DNA of 64,000 nucleotides, taken from IMG/VR virus record IMGVR_UViG_3300049217_000117, positions 3,904 to 67,903 of that record; one strand, written 5' to 3'. Position 1 is the stretch's first letter, and each line of letters starts with the position of its first letter. The notes under the pieces are model-generated. The model saw nothing but the letters and a program-made list of their open reading frames with translations, did no database searches and was not told the origin of the DNA. This DNA comes from a virus. A program made the position numbers and the translations under genes. This document shows, piece after piece, positions 19,354 through 29,309 of this stretch.

Positions 19354-21232
19354 TCTCGTCCTTGGCCTTTGGAGGCTTAATAGGAACGCCAGTTGGGCTT
19401 TGAACCATGCCCTGTTTCCTGTCGATCCATCTGGTCTTGCCAGTTTTTGGATCGATGACCTTTTGCTGACCCTTTTCGTTGATCGCTCCAGGTGGATAAG
19501 GATTCCTAGCTACGTGCTTCGTTGTATTTTTAGAAGGTAGCTTGCCAATAGGTTGACCTACTGGCGAACCGTTTTTTGGGTCTTGAGCAGCGTCCCCCTG
19601 GGCCGCTGCATGGTGTCCAGGTTTTTGCTGTCCGCCTTTGTCAGGATGCGTTGGGAATGGATCGTGCCAGTCGTTTTCTTCGCCCGCTTGCGCTTGAGCC
19701 TGCCCAGCAGCTTCCATGTCGATACCAGCCTGACCCTCGCCAGGTGCGCCTGGCTGAGCAGCCATGGGACCACGTAGACCGAGCATGTCAGCCATGTTGA
19801 TCATAGCCGCAAGCATTGCGATACTAGCTGCGTAGAAACCTGGGTTAGCGGTTTTGGCTTGCTCCAAGAATTGCTTATTGGCCTTGAAACCTTGAAGCGC
19901 CTGACCAATCATGGTCCTGGCCTTTTCCTGTTGCATAGTATTGGCGTGATCATCCAGGCCTTCTTTGAGAACGCCAGAGAGATCAGGTTCATTCGATTCT
20001 TCTGTTGGATGCGCCCCATCGAGACCAGTGTCCGCAGGAGTATTCGCTTCATAGCCACCCGGACGACTAACATTGCCTTCCATTTCGTTTCCGACAATTT
20101 GCGTGTCGTCAGTTTGGTTGGCAATAGCTTTGTCTTCTGGATTACCCTCTACGGTCTCGGTCTCGATCTGTTGGGCAATGGTCTGCAAGGCTTCTTTAGA
20201 GTGAGCGCCTTCGTCTGTGATTGGTTGTTTGGTCTGAGAAGGAGGTAATTGATTTGGACTATCCTCTGCTAGCGGAGCACCTGCGTCTGCAGGATTTGCC
20301 GCGCCAACACCAGCCGGAGAGTTATCGCCAATTTCAGGCTTTCCTTGAAGCGGAGGATTCATCCCCATCGCGTTAGCTTGCTCTTTCTCTTCAGGAGATC
20401 CAGCAGGAGCCGACTCGTTAGTAGAGTCAGGAGAACTGATTCTGGCGATCTGTTCAGCTGCATGGTCATCCATTGATGCAATTTCAGGCTGCTTCGGACC
20501 CTGTGCAGGACTGTCCATCGCCATCGAAGGGTCAGCTGCACAGAACGGGCAGGCAGTTCCAGCCGCAGATTCCTTGCAATAAGGACAATCGGCACCTGCA
20601 GCTGCTCCGCCATTATTCTGCTCACAGAATGGGCAGCCATCAGACATCTTGTCGTCATTCTGATGACAGAATCTGCAATGCGTAGGGTCCAAACCATCGC
20701 TTTGTTCACAAAATTTACAATCAACATGCTGCTCGGGTGCCGCAGCTGGCTTCTGTTCGTTTGCCATATTTTCCGCCTTTTCGAGGTAGGCCTCAGCGAG
20801 CTTATACTCCTCTTGAGATGCCTTGCCCTTTTTCACATTGCTGCGGGCCTTTCGAATGTCCTTTTCAACGCTTTCATCGTAGAAAGCCACTTGATCTTTA
20901 CCGCGAAACTTGGCGGCCAAGAGTGACCTGCCAGCTTCCGAGAGAGATCTGCCACATCCTACCGAAATAGTAATTCCAGTAGCAAAGTGATAGTCTTTTC
21001 TGAGTTCACCAATATGGGCGATAGCGTCCTTGGGGAGCGTAAACGATCCCTCGTCGCCGCCTCCAGAGATAACCTTGCCGCCTTGTTTGGCAACCCAATG
21101 CTTGACTATTTCATGGCCAAGATCGATCTTGGCTGAAATCTCATGCAGCGCCTGTTCGTCGTTGGCCATGATGGCTCTGCCGACTTTCTTGCCACATCCG
21201 TCGCCGTCGTAGCTTAGGTACATTTTACTCAT
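19328..21232 (-). CDS. mCpol/GGDEF-like nucleotide cyclase domain with CxxC repeats and a low-complexity tail
   Basis: YLSYDGDGCG, SGGGDE, ISVGCG, LLAAKFRGKDQ in the first ~118 aa. Confidence 0.75.
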   Translation of the reverse strand: MSKMYLSYDGDGCGKKVGRAIMANDEQALHEISAKIDLGHEIVKHWVAKQGGKVISGGGDEGSFTLPKDAIAHIGELRKDYHFATGITISVGCGRSLSEAGRSLLAAKFRGKDQVAFYDESVEKDIRKARSNVKKGKASQEEYKLAEAYLEKAENMANEQKPAAAPEQHVDCKFCEQSDGLDPTHCRFCHQNDDKMSDGCPFCEQNNGGAAAGADCPYCKESAAGTACPFCAADPSMAMDSPAQGPKQPEIASMDDHAAEQIARISSPDSTNESAPAGSPEEKEQANAMGMNPPLQGKPEIGDNSPAGVGAANPADAGAPLAEDSPNQLPPSQTKQPITDEGAHSKEALQTIAQQIETETVEGNPEDKAIANQTDDTQIVGNEMEGNVSRPGGYEANTPADTGLDGAHPTEESNEPDLSGVLKEGLDDHANTMQQEKARTMIGQALQGFKANKQFLEQAKTANPGFYAASIAMLAAMINMADMLGLRGPMAAQPGAPGEGQAGIDMEAAGQAQAQAGEENDWHDPFPTHPDKGGQQKPGHHAAAQGDAAQDPKNGSPVGQPIGKLPSKNTTKHVARNPYPPGAINEKGQQKVIDPKTGKTRWIDRKQGMVQSPTGVPIKPPKAKDENEQQQPKG

Positions 21233-22190
21233 GTTTTCTCCTAAGCACTTCTAGTAGCATTTCGATGTTCTCTTCGTCCCATCCCTTACTGAAACGAACC
21301 TTGATTCCGTCTTCGCTCTTTTTAATGAATACCTTGCGATCCATATCAGCACCTAGACATACGCATCCCGAGAAAAGCTTGCCGTCAAAAATATTTTTGC
21401 CACAATCAGGGCATCCTACCGTTTCGCCCTTTGCCATCACTACGCTATACTCTTTCTTCTTTTGTCTTTTCTGTAGAAATTCGTCTAGCGGACGTGTTTT
21501 CTTTTTTGGAGCTTCGGTTTTAGCTATTTTAGGCGGCCTTTCGTCCATGGTGCCGTCACGAAGCTTACCAATCCTTTCGTGTGCGAAGTCAGCTGTTGCG
21601 CGAGCGTTGCCAATTTCAAATTTGGCTTTTTCCAGTTCTTCGGTGATTCTACTAAGGAGAAGGTTATGGACAGCATCTCTCTGGCGTATCTTCTTTTCGA
21701 CTACCTGATTTACCAGATCGTGTAATGCTAGGCGCTCGTCGATCATCTTTTGGATATTATCTGAGTAGTCGTGAGTGTGAACCTGGCCGTGCTGTGGCCT
21801 ATTGATCAGGTTCTCCATGTCGTAGAGTTCGAAGGCACTCATGATGACTAGACCAACGCCAGGGATGGATCGGAACTTGAAATCTACGATCTTTACGTTA
21901 TCTTTCAAAATGTCGCCACTGTACACGTCTCGTTCGTGTTTGGTGATATTAATAACGGCGTTCTCGGCCACTAATAGATTGATTACTTTGTTTTCGCCAA
22001 TGGCCATAGGCGCAAGCTCTTTGATGAGCATGGAGATAATAGTACGCGGAACGATCTGGAGAGCCGTGCAGATCTCCTCGTGGTCAACAGTTGACTTCGT
22101 TCCTGGTTTCCAAAGCTCGAACTTCTGCAAGGACTCCATAAAGTCCTCACCCAAAGCCTTCTTCAGAAAGTACTCAGCGCCGGAGGCCAT
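21225..22190 (-). CDS. hypothetical protein with C-terminal Zn finger
   Basis: CPDC...CVC. Confidence 0.7.
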   Translation of the reverse strand: MASGAEYFLKKALGEDFMESLQKFELWKPGTKSTVDHEEICTALQIVPRTIISMLIKELAPMAIGENKVINLLVAENAVINITKHERDVYSGDILKDNVKIVDFKFRSIPGVGLVIMSAFELYDMENLINRPQHGQVHTHDYSDNIQKMIDERLALHDLVNQVVEKKIRQRDAVHNLLLSRITEELEKAKFEIGNARATADFAHERIGKLRDGTMDERPPKIAKTEAPKKKTRPLDEFLQKRQKKKEYSVVMAKGETVGCPDCGKNIFDGKLFSGCVCLGADMDRKVFIKKSEDGIKVRFSKGWDEENIEMLLEVLRRKHE

Positions 22191-22199
22191 GGGTATTCC

Positions 22200-22646
22200 T
22201 TATAGAACTTCGGTTTTCACTGACGTTTCGTCATCGACGATAAAGGTGAGCAGGGTTGCCGCGCTAGCGATCACCCAAACATTATTGTCGCAAGCGATAT
22301 ACGTCCAAGAGTTTGGAGCGCACGGAATGCCGACATTACCGGACGCATCCGTAACGCCAGAGGCCAAAACAGTAGGCGCAGAATTTGTTGCTCCTAGAGT
22401 GATAGAGCCCACAGCGGCTGCGTTGTTGTACACAGCAAGACAAAGACCGGCATTAGGAAGCCTCTTTGCCGTAGTGGCGTCAGTCGTGTAAGCAGTGACT
22501 CCGCCGCTGATGTAAGGAATCGGGATCAAGTGTCTGCCGACTTCTGACACTTTTTGAGCGCCAGCCGATTTACTGTACTCTAGCGTCGCGACGGTCGATG
22601 GATCTTGTACGTGATTGCCCGGAATGGTTCTGATGATTTTAGACAT
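22200..22646 (-). CDS. putative virion protein
   Basis: GAGG RBS; A/T/S/V-rich. Confidence 0.6.
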   Translation of the reverse strand: MSKIIRTIPGNHVQDPSTVATLEYSKSAGAQKVSEVGRHLIPIPYISGGVTAYTTDATTAKRLPNAGLCLAVYNNAAAVGSITLGATNSAPTVLASGVTDASGNVGIPCAPNSWTYIACDNNVWVIASAATLLTFIVDDETSVKTEVL

Positions 22647-22673
22647 TTATTAATTCCTCAACTTTATTACTTT

Positions 22674-22988
22674 TCAACAAGTTTTTGCTGCCCACAATGG
22701 TTGTAAATTACTGTAATGAAAAAGAGTTTCTAGATGTTCCAGAGATTTTGACTTAGACAGCGGGTAAACATGATCAATTTGCCATTGACCGTAGTTTTCC
22801 CACGTCATTCCAGGTTGAAATAGAGATTCCAAGTGAGCCTTGAGACGTTCTAGAGAGCAGCCAAGTAATTCTGAGTTTTCTATTTTCTTACATTCTTTGC
22901 AATAAGAAAATAGTCCATCTTTTCTAGTTTTATCTTTAGAAAATAGACATAACTCTTTGGTTTTATTACATTTGATACATACTTTCAT
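22674..22988 (-). pseudogene. degenerate FQPGMTWEN-family HNH endonuclease
   Basis: Central region absent relative to paralogues; terminal NLLKSNK motif lies out of frame after WAA. Confidence 0.65.
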
Positions 22989-22992
22989 ATGA

Positions 22993-23931
22993 CTAAGATT
23001 GTCCCTCATCGTCCCCTATGGTAGCCATATCAACAGGAATGATGAATTTATTGGGATTTATGGGCTGAATAGGCGCAGCTGCCACTCTTTCTGGTGTTTT
23101 TGACTTATTTTGGTTGAGCTTATCGCCCCTATTCTGTTGGTGAAAAATATATTCTCTAACAATAATAGCGTGATATGCCATTCTCTCAGGGGCACGTACC
23201 CCACCGGTTGTGATATTGGTCACTCTGACTTCTTTTGGAATAGCCACCACGTAGTAGAAGGCTTTGTAAAGGTATCGGACTGAATAAACCCTTCCCTTTC
23301 CAGTATTTGGATCAATGCCAGGATTTCGGCCACCTTTATTCCAACGGATGCTGCCAGCAGAGGTGATAGAGAAATCGGCGCCCTCGGTGTATTCTATATT
23401 TCGACTGTCAACTATTACGCCCTCTAGTTTCACGATCGGAAAAACCGGCTCGTTGTCAACGTCTGGCTGATAATCCATTTTATGAGCGTTCGCCACTAAG
23501 GTATCAGCGGTGGGATCTGCGAGGTACACCCTATCGCCTGGCATTAAATAAATGCGGTCGCCGCTAGCAGTCCCTGGACTGTTCGGATCGTTGTAGAAGC
23601 GAGGCATCACGAGTCTCGACTCAGATGGGTCGAGCACACCGCCGCTACTTCTTTTCTGCTCTCGACTATTGTCGGTCATAGTAGCGGTGAACCTTCCTGC
23701 ACAGCGATACAGCATACCGTTAGACGTAATCGTGTCTACGCCGTCGCTTCTGCGAAGATCCCCTCTATCATTTTGACCGATAGGGCTAGGCATGGCCTTG
23801 AAATGGTGGAAATCCACACCCAAGCTGGTTACGAAAGTATCCAGCCTGTTCAGGTCAAATGACTGTTGTTCTTGAGGGGAGTATCTGTTGATTGTATCAA
23901 CTTGTCTTCCCTTCGGCGGTCTGTTGGACAT
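22993..23931 (-). CDS. putative head-tail connector/neck protein
   Basis: Context; Y..G.DF and YSVRY motifs. Confidence 0.55.
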   Translation of the reverse strand: MSNRPPKGRQVDTINRYSPQEQQSFDLNRLDTFVTSLGVDFHHFKAMPSPIGQNDRGDLRRSDGVDTITSNGMLYRCAGRFTATMTDNSREQKRSSGGVLDPSESRLVMPRFYNDPNSPGTASGDRIYLMPGDRVYLADPTADTLVANAHKMDYQPDVDNEPVFPIVKLEGVIVDSRNIEYTEGADFSITSAGSIRWNKGGRNPGIDPNTGKGRVYSVRYLYKAFYYVVAIPKEVRVTNITTGGVRAPERMAYHAIIVREYIFHQQNRGDKLNQNKSKTPERVAAAPIQPINPNKFIIPVDMATIGDDEGQS

Positions 23932-23937
23932 GCCCGT

Positions 23938-24294
23938 TTATATCCTAGTGCCAAAGCACGCTTTGGTAATTTCGCTAAGTTTTTTGTCAGTTTCTGCCTG
24001 CATGAGGACTATCCGACTAATTAGGTCGTTAATCGCCATACCTTTGTGAAATTCCTTGATCTGTTTTCTTACCTTGAAGCCGTTCAGACTGTCTTTGTAA
24101 TTGAACTCCACTCCGAAACTGGCGCACGCCCCGCTGTTACATAGCCTTTCCATCTCTTGGAGAAATTTTTCTATGCTGGCATCGTTTGGATCATAGTTCA
24201 CGACAACCTGGTCAGACCCGCTGATCTGTTCTTCGATTGGTTTAGTCACGTCGTAAGCGACTTCGAACTGGTCCTTAATGATCTTGACGCACAT
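23938..24294 (-). CDS. hypothetical protein
   Basis: Translationally coupled ORF. Confidence 0.65.
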   Translation of the reverse strand: MCVKIIKDQFEVAYDVTKPIEEQISGSDQVVVNYDPNDASIEKFLQEMERLCNSGACASFGVEFNYKDSLNGFKVRKQIKEFHKGMAINDLISRIVLMQAETDKKLSEITKACFGTRI

Positions 24295-24794
24295 TATCTC
24301 TTAAACCTCAGGCCAAGATTGCAAGATGCTGCCTTCTCAACAGCTGCTCCCGCAAGGCCTCTGCTAAATTCTTTCGGGATATTGAGATCAGAGATCACAA
24401 CAAAGTTGTTTTCAACCACGCCGCTGACTGAGGCCAGCTTGATGTTCTGCTTGGTGATATGGAAGTCTATGGACGGTCCTTCCTGAACCGAGTAGATGTC
24501 ATGGCCGCTCTTTCTGAGGTCTTCGCTCAAAAAGTGAGAGTGCTTCTCGACGATCCCTTCTACGAAGTTTTCAGACTTCATGAGGGCCGGTTGATAGTCA
24601 GGGTAGGTCTTTTCGATATTGAATTTGACGATAGCGGGATGCGATCCGGCAGCGATAGCTTCGGTTCGGTACTTCCCTCTTGGCTTGCCAGTGGCAACCC
24701 AGAACCCGCCCTTAAGCCTTATAAGTTGAACCGGATGTCCGTTTAGGGTTCCGGCGTCTTCAATACTTGCGATTTCGTTTGGTGTAATGTCCAT
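24294..24794 (-). CDS. hypothetical protein
   Basis: MDITPNE...; coupled ORF. Confidence 0.65.
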   Translation of the reverse strand: MDITPNEIASIEDAGTLNGHPVQLIRLKGGFWVATGKPRGKYRTEAIAAGSHPAIVKFNIEKTYPDYQPALMKSENFVEGIVEKHSHFLSEDLRKSGHDIYSVQEGPSIDFHITKQNIKLASVSGVVENNFVVISDLNIPKEFSRGLAGAAVEKAASCNLGLRFKR

Positions 24795-24795
24795 G

Positions 24796-25545
24796 TTACT
24801 TCCTGTGCTTATGTGCGTAGGCCTTATCCAGGCCGTGTTCCCAAGCAAACGTGATGAGTTCTAGGTCTCCGCCAAAATGATGCGAAAGTCTCTGGTCATG
24901 CTTTTCGATGACCTTTTCTTTCAGGCCTGGGTTATCTTTCAAATAATTTTCTAAAAATTCGTCCGGAAGAAAGGCAGCCTTTTTATGGCCAGTCATTAGC
25001 GACAGATCGAGCATGATCGTTTCCCTGACAATTGTCGGAGTCAGAAGCTCTGACTTCTCGAACGTATGGACCGTGTTGCCAGATCCAGCCTCAATGGAAA
25101 GATGATCGAAGGTGACTTCTTCGGGCTTGATACCTTCTTCGTTGATCTTGTCGTAGAGGCCCTTGTCTATCGTGATATGGGGCATGAACTTTTCATAGAC
25201 GGTGCCGACATGCTTCATGCTGTTGTAGAAGTCTTCATAGGACTTGTCGGTTCCCTCAAGCTTGAGCATGTAGTACTTATTGCCATCGCGTTTAGATGTG
25301 AAGATGGTCGTATTGTACTTGAGCTTCTTGGGATCTGGAGTCTGAATATCGAACTTCTTCACCTTGGCCTTGATTTCTTTCAGGTCCATGTCCTTCTTAT
25401 CAAGGAACACTTTCAGAGACATATGGAGAGGGATGCCAGGAGCAAGTTCGCTCTGACCTTTGATCGTCACATACCAAAGCACGTCGCCGCCAGCGGCAGC
25501 GCGTTCTTTGTAGATGTCATGCACGCCCTCGCCAAGTTTTCCCAT
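24796..25545 (-). CDS. 2H phosphoesterase (Acb1/T4 57B-like)
   Basis: Two HxS/T motifs about 80 aa apart: LHMSL and PHITI. Confidence 0.65.
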   Translation of the reverse strand: MGKLGEGVHDIYKERAAAGGDVLWYVTIKGQSELAPGIPLHMSLKVFLDKKDMDLKEIKAKVKKFDIQTPDPKKLKYNTTIFTSKRDGNKYYMLKLEGTDKSYEDFYNSMKHVGTVYEKFMPHITIDKGLYDKINEEGIKPEEVTFDHLSIEAGSGNTVHTFEKSELLTPTIVRETIMLDLSLMTGHKKAAFLPDEFLENYLKDNPGLKEKVIEKHDQRLSHHFGGDLELITFAWEHGLDKAYAHKHRK

Positions 25546-26375
25546 TAGAAGCTCCCGATAATGAACTTATTTGAAAAAATGGTTCTGAGCTGAGCTTCCA
25601 ATGTAGTACGTTTCTTCTCTAGCTCTTCAATTCGAATCATATAGATCCTGGGGCCTAGGCCGCTAGACGACTGAGAAATCCCGTCTTGAGTCTGACTCTG
25701 AGAAGTGTGAATGAACGTAGCTGCAATTTCGCTCAGAATGTCGATGGCCGCAATGCAACCAATGAGTTCGTTCACAACAGTCGGGATTTTCCCTTCTTTG
25801 TTTGAGATACCGCTAGTATAGTTGATTTGCCAGTAAGCTGGAACCCAATTCAGACCGTCAATAACAGTCAAGAATGCAATGCCTGCGTTTCCGACTGCGC
25901 CTTGAACGCTGTTGACGCCGTATGCCGCCAAAAGCGGGATAACGTTGATGATGCGCTTAGCAAAGTTGGAAGTTTCGATCCAAGTAGGCGGAATCTCGAA
26001 GATGGTATTCTTGTCTGCGCTGACGATGGCCAAATGCTCGATGCTTACGATCGGACCCTGTTCTGCGGTCAGGTGGATGTACGCCTTGTAGTCTTCCTGC
26101 TTGAACGGGAGCTTTTCTTGGCGACTCTCTCTGGTCAGTGTCGTCTTGAGTTGAAGCTCTGCGGCGTTCGAGGCCAAGTAGATGCGGTCTTTTAGTTCGT
26201 CATCTGAGAAGGTATCTCCGTTTGAGAAAAACAGAGGAATGCCTTTTAATAATCTGCTCTTTAGCTGTTCCGGCGTAAGTATTGGCTCGACTCGTCTCAT
26301 CAACCCTGACGTAGCCAGGGCGTGAACCGGGTACATCGCAGTACCATAGTCTTTTGTTTGGGTAAAATCAGCCAT
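25545..26375 (-). CDS. putative head-tail adaptor
   Basis: PIVSIE, YTSG, SQSQTQDGISQS motifs. Confidence 0.6.
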   Translation of the reverse strand: MADFTQTKDYGTAMYPVHALATSGLMRRVEPILTPEQLKSRLLKGIPLFFSNGDTFSDDELKDRIYLASNAAELQLKTTLTRESRQEKLPFKQEDYKAYIHLTAEQGPIVSIEHLAIVSADKNTIFEIPPTWIETSNFAKRIINVIPLLAAYGVNSVQGAVGNAGIAFLTVIDGLNWVPAYWQINYTSGISNKEGKIPTVVNELIGCIAAIDILSEIAATFIHTSQSQTQDGISQSSSGLGPRIYMIRIEELEKKRTTLEAQLRTIFSNKFIIGSF

Positions 26376-26842
26376 TAGCAGCTCCCGTCGTTCGTGGGAT
26401 CTTCTACGCCGATCATGTTGACAACACTGAACCTACGAATTGCACTACCTTCTTGGATAGCGAACTGGACGTTTCCGCCAGAGGGAATTTGGCTCGCAGG
26501 CAAAGAAACCTTCCAAATGGAACTGTCATTCGGGTCTGCTTGTTGAGCGGTGGCAGTGAGCGTTTTCGAACTGTCTATCGAAGGAAACGTAACCGTGATA
26601 CCATAGGGTTGATTAGACGAACCAATGCCCAGAAGGTAGCGAAGGCCAGCGGTCGTGCCGACAGGCGTGATTCCGCTAAAAATGCCGATTCCCTGGTTGT
26701 TGCCGCTGATCGCTTGGTCAGTGTCCACGATCTGGAAGTAAAGCGTGAGAGGGTCGCCAGCTCTGACAATCCACTGATTGCCGAAGGCGTACTGGTTAAC
26801 ATTGCACCAAGTGATGATCGGTTTTGCATATAAACGTGCCAT
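26375..26842 (-). CDS. putative virion protein
   Basis: GGAG RBS; AATCTT upstream. Confidence 0.6.
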   Translation of the reverse strand: MARLYAKPIITWCNVNQYAFGNQWIVRAGDPLTLYFQIVDTDQAISGNNQGIGIFSGITPVGTTAGLRYLLGIGSSNQPYGITVTFPSIDSSKTLTATAQQADPNDSSIWKVSLPASQIPSGGNVQFAIQEGSAIRRFSVVNMIGVEDPTNDGSC

Positions 26843-27525
26843 TATCCAGATACTCCTATAAACATTAAGATTGCCTTGATACAGTATTCTTTGGATGAAT
26901 TCCAAATAGTTTCGCTTACATGCATTATTTCTATTCCTTTGCTTTTGAAGAATAAATCTTTGATTTTGCTGTAGTTTTGAATTTCTGATTCAGTCCAACT
27001 TGGCCTGTTTACGCGAAGAACTTCCGGTCTATGCCAGTACTCTCCGTCAAATTCTATACCCTTGTTTATTTCCGGAATAAAAACGTCTATTTCCATTCTC
27101 TTGAAAGAAAAGTTTTTGTCATTATTTTTAAACCTTGTAGTTTTTGCTTTGGGATAATGAGACCTCACAAGGTCAAGTATTTGCTTCTCTGAGTCACAGC
27201 AACCTCTAAAAGATTTCATATGAGAGGAAACTTCTTGTATCCAACTATTCCTGTAGGCGGCCAAAAAAGATCCGGAAGATTCTTTTTGCCATTGTACTTT
27301 GCTCAAGTATTTTAGAGCCTCTTCAGCAACTTTATCCTTTGTCCATTTTTTGTTGTGAATAGTAGGTCTTTTCATGTGAGAAGAAGCCTCTTGCATATAG
27401 CCGCCATTCCTGGCAGCGTTATAGGAAGATCCGGACGTTTTTTCCCATTCTTTTTTTGATGCAAATCGCCGTGCTTCAATGAGAATGTCTTCTTTGGTCC
27501 ATTTTGCCCTTGATCTTATCGACAT
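26842..27525 (-). CDS. PD-(D/E)XK/Vsr-like homing endonuclease
   Basis: Two KWTK repeats; EIDVFIPEINKGIEFDGEYWH. Confidence 0.75.
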   Translation of the reverse strand: MSIRSRAKWTKEDILIEARRFASKKEWEKTSGSSYNAARNGGYMQEASSHMKRPTIHNKKWTKDKVAEEALKYLSKVQWQKESSGSFLAAYRNSWIQEVSSHMKSFRGCCDSEKQILDLVRSHYPKAKTTRFKNNDKNFSFKRMEIDVFIPEINKGIEFDGEYWHRPEVLRVNRPSWTESEIQNYSKIKDLFFKSKGIEIMHVSETIWNSSKEYCIKAILMFIGVSG

Positions 27526-27586
27526 ATACAGTAAGATTGTCACACTTAATAAGTTTTGAGTATAAAAATCTACAAAGGAGATAGAC

Positions 27587-28015
27587 ATGTCTGAAGAGAA
27601 TAAAACGGAAACCAAGGCTGCGCTCCTGGGAACTAACCCAAAGGATCTGCTCGGTATCAAGAAAGTGCAGCTGAATCTGGTTCCTGCTTCAAGCGTGATC
27701 TATCAGGCGCTCGCCATGGAAGATGGGGCTCGAAAGTACGGCCCTTATAACTGGCGGCAAAACAAGGTGATTGCGTCTATTTATGTGGCTGCCGCAGAGC
27801 GCCATTTGAAGGCTTGGTTCGATTCTCGGGAAGAGGTGGCAGCCGACAGTCAAAAGCCTCACCTGGCGCACGCCCTGGCCTGTATTGGCATTATTGTGGA
27901 CGCCCTTGAGACTGGTAACCTGGTCGATGACCGTCCGCCAGCTGGCGCAGCTTCAGCTTTGATCGCAAGGTTCGAAAAAAAAGGGGCCTGCGGCAGCGCC
28001 ACAGACCCCTACTAA
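27587..28015 (+). CDS. dATP/dGTP diphosphohydrolase-family protein (DUF5664-like)
   Basis: NPKD..G..K...LVP, GARKYGPYNWR, RHL, DS..PHLAHA. Confidence 0.8.
   Translation: MSEENKTETKAALLGTNPKDLLGIKKVQLNLVPASSVIYQALAMEDGARKYGPYNWRQNKVIASIYVAAAERHLKAWFDSREEVAADSQKPHLAHALACIGIIVDALETGNLVDDRPPAGAASALIARFEKKGACGSATDPY
27975..28010 (-). terminator. intrinsic terminator
   Basis: AGGGGTCTGTGGC...GCCGCAGGCCCC followed by a T-run on the minus strand. Confidence 0.7.
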
Positions 28016-28042
28016 TTCATAATTAGCTGTTTTAATTAAAAA

Positions 28043-28393
28043 TTACAGCTCGAGCGCGTGTGCGGTCGGTGCCGAGAAGGCGCGGAGCACAACGTACAGA
28101 TTGCCGATGGTAGCTGCCGAAGGCTTCGTGCCTGCAGTAACAACGGTCTCGAAGTACGCCGTTCCAGCGACAGCCGGAATAGCGACGATCTTATCGCCAA
28201 CCGCAAGAGCCGCAAAGTTGGTCGTAGTGCTGGTAGAAGTAGCGACGATTGCAGCTGCGATGCTCCAACCGGACTGTCCTGCCAACCCGTTACCCGCTTC
28301 GATCTTGTCAGCAACAGAATTGCCGACAGGTGCGCTTGCGAGAGCGATAATTAAACGTCTCATCTCATTCTTAGAAAGTGCCTGACTTGCCAT
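28043..28393 (-). CDS. putative head decoration protein
   Basis: Ala/Thr-rich, AGGAG RBS, near the capsid gene. Confidence 0.55.
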   Translation of the reverse strand: MASQALSKNEMRRLIIALASAPVGNSVADKIEAGNGLAGQSGWSIAAAIVATSTSTTTNFAALAVGDKIVAIPAVAGTAYFETVVTAGTKPSAATIGNLYVVLRAFSAPTAHALEL

Positions 28394-28468
28394 TTTAAAC
28401 TCCTTAAAGGTTTAACCTGCTATGAACATTGGCGAAATGCCAACACATACAGGGAATCACCCTAAAGA

Positions 28469-29149
28469 TTAGGCTACTTCAGTTTCTACGAAATATTCCC
28501 CTGCAATATCACGCACTACGCGCCTGTATCCGGGTGTTTCGAACATGTACATTCCATCTAGGGAAGAGGCGTTGACGTAGGTGCGGCCCTCAAAGTACCT
28601 GTAGCCTGCACCCTCGTGTATGTGGCCAAAAACATGGAGTTTTATCTTAGTCTGAATGATGCGATCGTACAGGTCTTGGCATCCAACGTTTTCTTCCCAA
28701 CCACCTGCGCGGGGAACGCCGTCCAAAATGAGATACGGAGGCCCATGGGTGATCAGAACCTCGGTGTCTTCTGGGATGAGATCCCAGTGCTTTTTGATTT
28801 CTGGTCCGCGACCACGGTTAAACGCCCAGTCGTGAAACCAGGGCTGAATCGGAGATCCCCAGAATTTTATTCCTTCGATCTCTACTCCCGAGTCGTTCAA
28901 ATAGATGATATTTCTCTTTTTGCATTCTTCCGCCATCAGCTCGGGGTTTTCTTGAAAGATGAAATCGTGGTTCCCGGCGATCATTACTAAATACCGATAG
29001 TCCTGGTCGGCGAACCAATTCAAAAAGGCTAGAACTTCGCCTAGCTCGCCACTACCGGAAATGTCGCCGGAGCAGATGAGGATGTCCCCGCCAGGAAGAA
29101 TGATTTTCTTATGCTTCCCATGGGTATCAGAAATGGTGTCGATTTTCAT
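28469..29149 (-). CDS. metallophosphoesterase (calcineurin-like)
   Basis: SDTH, SGD, GNHD, THGPP, FGHIHE. Confidence 0.9.
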   Translation of the reverse strand: MKIDTISDTHGKHKKIILPGGDILICSGDISGSGELGEVLAFLNWFADQDYRYLVMIAGNHDFIFQENPELMAEECKKRNIIYLNDSGVEIEGIKFWGSPIQPWFHDWAFNRGRGPEIKKHWDLIPEDTEVLITHGPPYLILDGVPRAGGWEENVGCQDLYDRIIQTKIKLHVFGHIHEGAGYRYFEGRTYVNASSLDGMYMFETPGYRRVVRDIAGEYFVETEVA

Positions 29150-29254
29150 GCCTTCTAAGTACATATGCTCGTTTCTATCATGCTTTTGGACATAAATATA
29201 AAATAAATTGTCGCGATACTGTCGCAATTCGACAGTTTGTCGCAATACAAAAAG

Positions 29255-29287
29255 AAAAAGGCCGGATACCAGTGGTACCCAGCCTTT
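29255..29287 (-). terminator. intrinsic terminator after the capsid gene
   Basis: AAAGGCTGGGTAC...GTATCCGGCCTTTT. Confidence 0.7.
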
Positions 29288-29309
29288 CTCAATTTTTTAT
29301 GCTACCTGA

